Assembly: GCF_006345805.1 (NCBI RefSeq) | Contig: NC_043000.1 | Location: 65,286,001-65,350,000 of the forward strand | DNA from: Octopus sinensis | Taxonomy: Eukaryota | Reading direction: 5' to 3' | Length of the DNA stretch: 64,000 bases | Part shown: positions 13,401 to 25,835 of the stretch, piece after piece | How the letters are laid out: each line of letters begins with the position of its first letter | Position numbering within the stretch: the first letter of the stretch is position 1 | Notes under the pieces: model-generated | The model's database searches: none | Told to the model about the DNA's origin: nothing | Seen by the model: the letters and a program-made list of their open reading frames with translations, nothing else | Made by a program: the position numbers and the translations under genes

Positions 13401-16400
13401 AAGGTGGCAAACTGGCAAAATCATTAGCACACCAGGCAAAATGTTCAGCAGCATTTTTTCCAGTTGTATGTTCCAGGCTCAAATTCTGCCGAGGTTGACT
13501 TTGCCTTTCACCCCTTTCAGGGTCAATAAAATAAGTACCAGTTGTGCACTGGGGTCGATGTAATCTACTTACCCACTCCCCCGAACTTTCTGGTCTTGTG
13601 CCCAAATTAGAAGCCAATATTTTATTTATATCATGAACAATACTAAATACTAAAAACATGTCTACCATATAATTTAGCTTTGACTAATTGACCTAATTAA
13701 TGTCAATTAGGTTTTACACCAGAAGGTGGTATTGGTTAAAACTCTGAAGTAATGTACACGTCTACAGAAAAAGAAAAAAAAAAACAAACAAGAGGTCTTG
13801 TTATACATGATTAAAAGATTCAAAGATGCTCTGAATGAGACATTCCTTTAGTATTTACTGTTGTTATTTAGCTTCAGGTCAGACTTGTTTGAGCTGACCA
13901 GACTTATAATCAAAGACGTTCCAACAATGACCAACCCATTGTATCAGACACCGCATGGCTAGGATTACAATATACAATTTGTTCAATCTTTAAGGCACAG
14001 AGTGTAATCTGAGGGAGACTCAGATGCTATTTCTAGCAGGTCAAAAAACCATAGAGAAAGCTCTCATGCTGGTTAGAAATTTCAAATGTATAAACAAAAC
14101 ATACCTCTGTTGAAAGAAATAGCATAATTGTCCTATTGTTTCTACATAAGTTTATATTTCTTTAGATAAGGCAATTTTTATGGCTATGTTGGTGGCCTGT
14201 ATATAAAAAGTTATTAGCTTTGATGGACATTTTTTTTTAATTCACATTCTGCATTTATATCATTACTGTGCCCAATTTTATTGCAAAATTAACAGTATTA
14301 CTGCTAATACAAATTCCTTTATTCTTTTATTTGCTTCAGTCATTTGACTGCAGCCATGCAGGAGCACCACCTTGAAGGATTTTAATTGAACAAATCAACC
14401 CCAGTACTTATGTTTTTAAGTTTAGTATTTATTCTATTGCCCTCTTTTGCAGAACCATTAAATTAATGGGACATAAACATATCAAAACCGGTTGTCAAGC
14501 AGTGATGGAAAGACAAACACAGACAGACACACACACACACACAGTAATCCCTTGACTATCACAAGTGTTACATTCCAAAACCTCCCACAGAAATAATTAA
14601 AATCTAAAATAATATAAATACCTATTGGCTGCAGAAACCTGAGGAGTCCGCAATATAAATTTACACATATTAGCCAGAAAAGTCCGCAATGTATTGAGTG
14701 CATGGTAGGTGAACTGCGATGTACTGAGAACATCATAGGTGAACCGTGATATGGCAAGGGATTACTGCATATTTACAACGGGCTTCTTTCAGTTTCCGTC
14801 AAACAAATCCACTCACAAGGCTCTGGTCAACCTGAGGATATACTAGAGGACACTTGCCCCAGGTGCCATGGAGTGGGACTGATCCCAGAACAATGTGGTT
14901 GGGAAGGAAGTTGCTTACCACACAGGCACACCTGCACCTATAAGTATAATTTACTTTACTATTTACAATTTCAAGTTTATTAACCCCCTTTAGTGCTTAA
15001 ACTGGCCATATATGACCACAACATTCCAGCTATTTTATGTTCAAACTGGCAAGATCCAGCCTCTTACACCTACCTAGAATGTCATTCAAAAAACAAACAG
15101 CCACATAATTGAAATTTCAAAGATACAAGATAATGTATGATAAATTCAAAACAATGTGAATAAACTAGAAAAGCACTCGGAGAGCACAGACATCTTAAAA
15201 TCAAACTCAGAACCTCATGATTGCAAAGTTAACTTCTTAACCACTTAGCCATGTACAAATACAGAAAAAACATCTGACATATTTAGTATATTTTTATACA
15301 ACTCTTTAACTAGTTTCAGCTTGAAGGCTGCGGTCATGCTGGGGCAGCACTGTTGAAAAAATGTGGAACGCTTCATGGGTTTGCATGTCATCCTTGCACA
15401 GGGGCAATGTAAATTTTTCACTAACCTTTAAAAATTTTCAGAGAAAATTAGTAACATTATCTTTTATCTTTTACTTATTTCAGTCATTGGACAGCAGTCA
15501 TGCTAGAGCACCATCTTCAAAGGTTTCAATTGAACAGATTGACTTCAATACTTATTTTTAAGGATGGCAGATACCTTATTGATCACTTTTGCCAAGCTGC
15601 TAATTAAGTGGGGGAGGGGGTTATAAACAAATAACACCAGTTGTCAAGCGATGATGAAGGGAATGAACACAAACACATACATAGATATATGACAGGCTTC
15701 CTCACAGTTTTTACCTACTAAATTCACTCACAAGACCTTGGTTGACCCAAAATTGAAACCACATGCAGGGGTTCGATAAAATTATGGAAACACCTAGCAT
15801 CATAATTTTGAAATACTTATAAAACTGTCGAAAGCTTGTTTATTTTAATATTTTCTTGATTTATTATTAGTGTTGCTTAATATGATTTGCTAAAATTGCT
15901 GTTTCTTTTCAGATATCATCAGAAAAAGGTAATTAAAATTCATTCAAATCACAGATCTATCAGACTTTCAAAGAGGTCAAACTGTTGGTGCTTGAATGGC
16001 AGGCACTAGCATAACGAAAACAGCCGAAATGTTTGGAGTATCAATAAGTACTGTCTCGAAAGTAATCACAGCCTTTGAGAAAGAGGGAAAAACCTCCTCA
16101 TCGAAACAAAACTCCGGAAGAAAACCAAAACTTTCAGATAGGGATTGTTGGACTCTTATGCGAATTGTTAGAAAGGATCACAAAAGTACAACTCCCAAAA
16201 TTACTGCAGAGCTTAATGACCACCTCAAGAACCCAGTTTCCACAAAGACTGTTTGCCAGGAGCTGCACAAAGCCGGATTTCTCAGGATGGCTGCAATCAG
16301 AAAACCACTACTTTCAAAATCAAATGTTGCAGAGCGTTTAGAGTGGAGTAAAAACCAACAGAATTGGTCCCTAGAGCAGTGGAAGAATGTTATTCCTCGG

Positions 16401-18455
16401 ATGAGTCATCCTTTACCCTATTTCTAAACATCAACCGAGTATATGTGTAGAGACAGCCAAAAGAATCATTTGACCCAGACTGCCTTCTTTCAACTGTTAA
16501 ACATGGAGGAGGATCTGTGATGATCTGGGGGGGGGGGGGGCTATATCTTGGAAATCTGCCAGCCCAATGGTTTCCCATCATGGCAGAATTAATAGTCAAG
16601 ACTATTTAAGCATTTTATCTGATTAAATTCATCCTATGGTTGTGGAACTGTTTCCAGAGGGAAATGCAACCTTTCAGGATGATAATGCACCAATTCACAC
16701 AGCTAGAGGTGTTACTGAATGGCATGAGGAACATTCTAGTGAAGCTGAACATCTTATCTGGCCACCAGAGTCCCCAGATCTCAATATTATTGAACGTTTA
16801 TGGTGAATTTTAGAAAAACAAGTAAGAAGTTGATATCCTCCACCATCATCGCTACAAGAACTGGAAACTGTTTTAGCTGAAGAATGAACAAAAATTCCTT
16901 TGGAAACAATTCAAACTTTGTACGATTCCATATCTCGTAGAATTCAAGCTGTAATTACTACCAAAGGCAGTCCTACTCCAAATTAAAATTAATTTGTTTG
17001 AAATTTAAGGTGTTTCCTTTATTTTGTTGAACCCCTGTAGTTGCAAAGCAGACTTCTTAACCACACAGCCATGCTTGAGTCAATATATTTTGTTTAGACT
17101 TTGAAAATGATCAATATATGCTGTTTTAGGATGGTGAAAGTAATTTTCTGAAGAATGATGTCAAGTTTACTGACATAAAAATATTATTATTTTATAGTTA
17201 TTTTCAAAAAGTGACTTCTTTGAAAAAATGTTACACAACATTAATTCTTTTCAGCAAGTAATCAGTTAGCTACCACTCATACATCAGTAAGCTGCTATAT
17301 ACATGAGAAAAGAAAATACGAACCAGCTAAATATGATTGCTATTTGTCCACTCTGTCCCTCTTTCTCTCTCCCCTGCTCTATCTATTTATCAATCTAACT
17401 AGTTCTTTTACTCTTTTACTTGTTTCAGTCATTTGACTGTGGCCATGCTGGAGCACCACCTTTAGTCAAGCAAATCGACCCCAGGACTTATTCTTTGTTA
17501 GCCTAGTACTTATTCTATCGGTCTCTTTTGGTTTAATTGTATATTTATATATAAATATACAAATAAATATATGTATGTGTTTGTGTGTGTATATATATTT
17601 TTTATATATATACACACACACATACTATATATATATATATATATTATATATATATATATATAACACATACATACACACATACTATATATATATATAATAT
17701 ATATATAACACATACATACACACTCACACACACAAACACACACACACAAACACGCACTATATATATATGACAAATGAAAGATAGAAGATGGAATATATGA
17801 GAATTTATTATTAATCACAACAATTATTTCGACACATCTAACATCAATTCCTCATGAGTGGGACACTCAACAACTGGTTCAGGAGCATCCAGTGGTGAAG
17901 ATGTATTTCGTCGGATGATAAATAAATACAACTTGTTAAAATTACTGTTCCGCAATGTAACTTTCCATTTTGTAGAAAGAAAAGCAGCCAGATGCTTGTA
18001 TGAGCAAGTGTACTCGCGCCATGCAGCTTGCCTGAGGATGTTTATACATCCACATCTATTAACGGTTATTTCTAGTATTTTTCTCACTGGATTGCATATT
18101 CGTTTCTCTTTTTGCCATCTGTGATTTTAATTTTGATCTTCTATATAAATGAAGATGTTTCCTCCGTCTGGCTGTTTTTCTTTCTACAAAATGGAAAATT
18201 ACATTGTAGAACAGTCATTTTAACGAGTTGTATTTATTTATCACCCGACAAGATAAATCTGCACCACTGGATGCTCCTGAACCAGCTGTTGAGAAATCAA
18301 TGCTAGATGTGTCAAAACAATTGTCGTGATTAATAATAAATTCTCACATATTCCATCTTCTGTCTTTCATTTGCTATATACTTAACAATCACTGTGAAAG
18401 TGACCGGGCTTTACCAGTAAGCTACCAAGTGTAAACCATTCATTTTACTATCCAT

Positions 18456-18493
<38 letters not shown>

Positions 18494-21400
18494 TACACGC
18501 ATACACACACACACACCACACTGATGTAGTGTATGATTTTCACTCCTTTGTTATTTATAACATACATGATATAAAAAAATTTAAGAAAAAATGTATGCAC
18601 AAAAAAAGTAGAAATAAAGACAAATAAGCAAAATATTTACTGTTTCCATCTTGTTTAGAAAAATATGCCAATTTGGTTCAATAACTTCTACCATTAAATA
18701 GTATTCTAAATTCTGGACAAAGTTCAACATGCGTTGCCTTAAGGCAAATGCAGCAGTGTAACCTTTAGAAGGGAGCAGTTTTACACATTTATTTTGCAAC
18801 CATAAACTGAAACAAAAATAAACCATTTAAATTCTTTGTTTATTACAACAACAACAACAACAATAGTAATGATAAGTAACTTGAATGTGGGGTCTAAAAA
18901 CAGAAACAATTCCTATCATAGTAGGTGCATTAGGTACGGTAAAAAAATATTCAGACAAATACATAACAGAAACACTAGGACAAACAAGTATATATAACAT
19001 ACAGAAAATAGTACTACTAGGTACCACACACATCCTATGTAAAACACTTTCAATACAGTAAAAATAAGAGCAACACAACAAACTACAGCATATACTCAAG
19101 GCACACAGAGCTGCGCTCGGTAGTGAAGTGAAATCACATAACAAAAATAAGACTACTGAATAATAATAATAACAAGAGCACTCAGAGAGTGCAAACCTCT
19201 GCCAAGGCAACACCAATGTCCTCAACGATTAGACGGAGATGTTTTTCAAAAATGAGAACATCTAAAATAAATTCAACTGCTCTCACAAAAAAGAATACTA
19301 AAAATGAACCCAACCGCTCTCAAAAATTAAGTAAAAAAACCGGAAGAATAATCCAGAATCCTTGTCCAGTACCTGGTCGATCCCAATGAAAGTCATAGAA
19401 TGTGAAAGTGGAAGTGCAGGTCGTGTTTGTAATGCTATGTGTGCATCATCTGCAATGGGAACAGGGACAATTTTCTCTATGAAGGCCTTTTTCAGTCTAT
19501 CCAGTGATACAGTGTCTTTATGACCATTAAGGACTATAGTGAAAAATTTACCTGTGCGTGAAAGAAAATGGAAAGGACCTGCATACAGTGTTGTTAACAG
19601 AGGTTTAGCAACATCGTTGTGCACAAAAATGTGAGTCCAAGAAGTAAAGCTTCCTTCAAAGCAGAACTAGAAATGCAATTGTCAAATAGGTAAAAGGTTT
19701 TAAACAGGAGCGATATATTCAAAATTAGTAAAACTAAAAATTGCAGAGTATAATTTGAATTTATTATTGTTACTGAACATGTTAGTGTTATTTACTTTCT
19801 GAACGGTTTTGCTGCCTTTTGTTTATGTAGTGTGATTTCTTTATCCATCGGTTTCGACTAAGAGATGTGAGTAAAATTAATAATAGAGAAATGAAAATAA
19901 AACTTTGGAAACAGCAACGCCACCATAACTTACATGGAAACCATAAGAGTACTTTCAAGGGAGATAATCAGAGAAAGACTTGAAAGTCAACATAAGATCG
20001 TAATACCTCATGTAAAGTAAATATAACAAATAATCCAGAATTCCCATCCGGTACCAGATTGATCTGAAAATGTAATCAATTCATGCAAGTCACAAGGCCA
20101 AACATCTCTGAAGGTTTCATCCAAATTCATCCAGCGATTCTTGAGATATCTTGTCCACAGACAAACAAACAAACGTGACTGAAAATAATACCTCCACTTT
20201 CACTAAGGCTTAGGTAATAATAAATTGAACTGGAACTATTCAAATTTCACTCACCAGGTTTTATTTCATGCAACATCATATATCTGATATAACCATAAGT
20301 ATAGAGAAATTACCTTTCATTAACAAAACAAAAAGTTTCCTAAGTTTCTCCAACAGTCACTCAAACCATTATCTCTTCAGTATCCCTATTTCCAACCCAA
20401 TTTAGTACTAGAACATACCTATTTCCTGTGACTTCTCAGATCAACTTATGGATTTTAATATTTGCCAATCACTCCAATACATTTAATACAATAAAAGAGC
20501 TGTTGAATTGACAGCTGGACTCTTATGTGAATTGTCAAAAAGCCTATGTTCAAACTTACTTGCATAATTGTCGTTCCACATGTTTGCAGTAGAAAAGCTG
20601 TCTGAATAATAATTGGTAGAGCATAAGAGCCTGAAAATAAAATAAATCAGAAGATGAAGACAAAGAGAAGAATCTTTCCAGTGTGGAATAATGAAATCTA
20701 GGAGATCCCCCTTGACTAAAAGTTTTTAAAATATAGCTGAAAACTTTTGTAATAGTATCATATTTTCAAGCATACAAGTTTCATTTTTCAGACCATAATT
20801 TACAGCTGAAACAGGTAGATTGACTTATACACCAAGACAATTGAAGGAGCAAAAATTCCATGTGAAATGCAGCAGGGATCAGAAAAAGATAGTAACAATA
20901 TTTGAATGTTAACACTATACACTACATCAAATTGTATGCCAGAAAATGCAGCTGAGACACTGAAGTGTAACAAAAAGGAAGCAGAGTTCTTGTCAACTTC
21001 TTACACTTAATATATAAACAACAGACCACACAATAGATGTTGTTTTATTATTACTACTACTGCTACTTATAAATTTTAGAACCAAGGATCCATCTATGAA
21101 GTGCTTAATCTATAATGCATCAGATGATCTGGTTTTCTATAATTATATCTGAAATATAACACCATGTTATCATATCAATAAAATTAAGACTTCAAGTTCG
21201 ATCTTTCAAGTTGAAATATAATAAATCTGAATTTAGTACATATAAAAGGACTGAAAATATTTTCCACTGCTTAACTTCAGTAGCTCTCATCTAACCAATT
21301 ATATCACTCTGTATGGTAAAACATAGTTGTCAGTTTTTACAATTCTAATATTTCAAACCCAGCTCTTCACTACTGACTCCTCATCATCTTCTTGATGACA

Positions 21401-24400
21401 TTGCTAAGAATACTAGATACTAATATAGCATATTTTGTAGAACAAACTTTTCCAGCATGTTATAGCACTATTCCACCCATCTTTTACGAAAATTAAATTT
21501 CATGGTTATTGCAGTTACGATATTAAATATCTAACAAGAAAGAAAAAAAAAAAGAATTGGAAGCTTCTGCTAGTCAGGTTACCTCAATAAACTTGATATA
21601 TATCAACAAAAAAATAGTTTCAAACATGACATTCCTTAACAAGAAAGATTGGTATATAAAACTGTTTTTTGTAGTAAAAAGGTTTAACAAAGCTAAAAGA
21701 AGGCTTTTTACAAAGTAAATCAGTCATTTCAAAATAATAAACTATATAAATTAAAACAATATATTTTCTCTCTCAAAGAAAGCTATATGAAAAAGAAAAT
21801 AAGATAGTGTCTTTCATAACTAACATCAACCATAAGATTCTATACTTAAAACATATCTAGTTGAAATAAACTGAAAAATAATAACAATAATTCCAATGGT
21901 GAATTTTATAATCTAAAGATGTAAGCAGTTAAGTATTTATGGAAGGGTGCAAACTGATCTCAAGCAAAGTTCTGGTAAGTTCTTGGATATAATCTAGTTA
22001 GGAACAGTTTATGTGTATATATATATATAAGTTGAATCTGTTTTTATGAAAGAAATATTAGTGAAATTGTAGGAGGAGTAACATTTTTCAACCAAATATT
22101 CGAATCAGAAGAAAACAGAATTTCATAAACTGAAAAAGCAAAGTAAAGAGGACAAGAAATGAGAAATACATAAAAGTCATAAAACTAATTAAAATTTTGG
22201 GTCATTAGAGAAGAATTTCATGTTAACATTGGTATTAAAAGCAACAATAAAACACTTTGTAAAAGTAAATTTAAACTGACCTTTCTATTTAAAACAAGAG
22301 TTAGTGGCCATTTCACATTATAATTGAAGGAGAAAGATTCCAGCCCAGACAAATTACACTCAACAGGGCTACTGCGCATTGCTAGAAAACACAAGTTACA
22401 GTAAAGAGATCAGCAGACAAGAAACAAACAAAACATATATTAAGTCAACATTTACTCCAACCAATTCACTGTATTTTGACCCTACAATGTATCCTCCATT
22501 TTCATCTCTCATGCACATAACAGCTAATGATTGTATGCACAAGAGACATTTTCTCAACTCATTTATGTTGAGTTAACCATTTTGTTGCCGTGTTTCTAAT
22601 AAAGTACATTGTTTATGTTTCAAATAATTTAGCATTTAGAAAAATAGCTTTGTCATTATTAAGCAGATTTTTCAAACATAAATTAACATGAAACTTTGAT
22701 AGAAGGCTTTTATTTAGATCACTCTAAACCAAGAAGATTGTATCATGGAACCTGGGGTAGCCTCAAGCAGATTGGTATCAAAAGAGTTAACTAGTGTTTA
22801 ATTGTTTTGGCCAACTAGCAACCAAGTTTTAGAATTTTGACAAGCAGTCTTGGTCAATATGTGACTTGCAGTCTTAGTTAACATACTTAGTTAAATTGCA
22901 GCTGGCATTCATAACCTTCAGCCTCAGGCAAAATCCAACTGACAATGAACTGACAACAGTTTCAAACCCAAATTTTAATAAATACTGAACTGTTTGTTCT
23001 AGATCTGATTTCAGATTTCTTAAGAAGGAAAGGCTATTTCTGTGTGATTATACATAAACACTTTTAAATAAAACATTTTGGAGAAAATATCTTAAGCACA
23101 CAAAATACTTTGCAGAATAATGTTTTACAGTACATCCAAAGTAGCCACAACTTTGGTAGACTCTTATCACAAACAACTGTTAAAAGAACATCACTGGTAT
23201 AATGTAACCCATGTTACATGTTCGTGATTATGTGTAGAAATGATAGAAACAGTTCCTTTTTGGAGTTAATAATCAAAATAAATTAAATGATTTGAAGAAA
23301 TATAGAAAAGATTTGAAGAGAAATCCCTGTTTACCTTTCAGAATATCATATAACTGAGATATTAGGTCAGTTTCCTGGAATTGTATCCTGAAATAATATT
23401 TAAACATTCATTAAAGTGTCAATATTAAATGTTGAATAATTGTAACGATTGCATTTCATAACAAACTGTTCAATAACATTCTTAATGTTTGATCAATTTA
23501 ATGATATGTTCTATATTGTAATGAGGAAATCCGATTCTAAGACATTGATTGTAAATTTGAACAAAATTTACTATATCTTGCAAAGCTAAGCTAGTTTTTG
23601 TGATGGTCATATTTTATATGTGAAAATATACACATTACTTCAAAATATGAAGACAACAGTTTGTAATAGTAATAAAAAGAAAAAGAATCATAATCAAGAA
23701 CCTACAACAATTAACTTTAGCAGTGTAAACTCATTAATGGTAAATTTAATAATCATTCTCAGAAAGATCGTATTCATTTTGCTCATCTTCCACATTTGCC
23801 TTCTGGTGTTCATTTACATCTTATTCATGCAACAGCATATTTAGAGAAGGAAACAGTTAAAAAAATTCTTCTGTGAATTGCCAATCATAAATTTGCACTA
23901 AAATGGCAAGAGACAGAATCAAAAAAGCTTATTACATACTATAAACTACTAATAGCATTCCACTAAGTGGAGCCTGAACTACAGATATTTTCTGAGAAAA
24001 AAGACATAAAGAGTATGTTAGTGAATTCCAAGTATGATACAACATAATTTATAACCACTTGTAATGGTGGAAAAGAGTCATAAATTCTTTACAACTTAAA
24101 AATTGGGGATTCATTTGGAAACTAAGAAATATTATCTAGAGAAATAATTTGTGGTGATTCAAAGACCTTAAGCATTTTCATTTCTTTCTTTTTCCCCTCA
24201 AAGAGAGAGAGTGGGGGAGGGAGGGAGAGATTTGTTATTTCTAGCAGGTCAAGTGACCACACAAATGCTCCCTTGATTTTTATCAGCAGCTTGTCTGGTA
24301 CATTGATTTCTCCAACAATATTTTTAATAAATACCTATCCAAATATAATATTCATTAGATTATATCTACTAATTCCAAAAAACAAAAAAAAGGGAGCTCC

Positions 24401-25789
24401 ATCAAAGAAACCCTATATAATAGCTTAACCCACCAATGTAGTAGTGAATGTCTCTGAAAAAATAAACAGAATATGTTATGCATACATACCTCAAATCATC
24501 TTTGAAAGGATCAACATTTGCAGTACTGGTTCGTAAAGCAAGCTCTAGCAAAGTTTCCATTCTCCTACAACTTATGTCTACAATGCAGTCAAGGAAAAAA
24601 ACCTACAAATTCTATTTTACAAATTAAAATATCATCCAGTTTATCTTTGCCTTTCAGCCACATCAAATCATCATCAGTAGTTATATATCATCATCATCGT
24701 TTAGCGTCCGCTTTCCATGCTAGCATGGGTTGGACGGTTCAACTGGGGTCTGGGAAGCCAGAAGGCTGCACCAGGCCCAGTTTGATCTGGCAATGTTTCT
24801 ACGGCTGAATGCCCTTCCTAACGCCAACCACTCCATGAGTGTAGTGGGTGCTTTTTATGTGCCACCGGCACAGGAGCCAGATGTGTCTGGCAAACACCAC
24901 GATCGGATGGTGCTTTTTATGTGCCACCGGCACGGGGGCCAGGCAAGGCTGGCAACGGCCATGAACGGATGGTGCTTTTTACGTGCCACCGGCACGAGGC
25001 CAGTCGGGGTGGCGCTGGCAACGGCCACGTTCGGATGGTTCTCTTATGTGCCACCGGCACTGGTAACTCAGCTGCAATTTCCATTGATCGATTTCGATTC
25101 TGATTCTCACTTGCCTCAACAGGTCTTCACAAGTAGAGTTTTGTGTCCCAAGAAGGGAAGGTATGCATAAGTGGGCTGGCTACATCCCATGTAGAAGTCT
25201 CACTTGTCCTGCCGGGTCTTCTCACGCACAGCATACTTCCAGAGGTCTCGGACTCTAGTCATTTCCTCAGTGAAACCTAAAGTTCGCAGGTCGTGCTTCA
25301 CCACCTCGTCCCAGGTGTTCCTGGGTCTGCCTCTTCCACGGGTTCCCTCAACCGCTAGGGTGTGGCACTTTTTCACACAACTATCTTCATCCATTCTCGC
25401 CACATGACCATACCAGCGCAAACGTCTCTCTTGCACACCACATCTGATGCTTCTTAGGTGCAGCCTTTCTCTCAAGGTACTTACACTCTATCGAGTATGA
25501 ATACTGACATTACACATCCATTGGAGCATACTGGCTTCATTTCTTGCGAGCTTATGCATATCCTCAGCAGTCACGGCCCATGTTTCACTGCCATGTAGCA
25601 TGGCTGTTCGTACACACGCGTCATACAGTCTGCCTTTTACTCTGATCAAAAGGCCTTTTGTCACCAGCAGAGGTAAGAGCTCTCTGAACTTTGCCCAAGC
25701 TATTCTTACTCTAGCAGTTACACTTTCAGCACACCCGCCCCTGCTGCTGACTTGGTCACCTAGGTAACGGAAGCTATCAACTATTTCTA

Positions 25790-25835
<46 letters not shown>

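Noticed and set aside
17510-17818. ORFs rich in YI/CV/HT repeats (also 39065-39372, 48693-48974, 53469-53729, 62151-62444, 63414-63743)
   Set aside because: Translations of (TA)n/(CA)n microsatellites and SINE bodies; not genes.
19905-19930. tggtggcgttgctg as a Gypsy primer-binding site
   Set aside because: No adjacent LTR with TG..CA ends could be identified; too short to support.
22455-22481. Alternative small exon GSKYSELVG with a gtaaat donor
   Set aside because: Ends in phase 0 but exon 22 needs phase 1; no homology.
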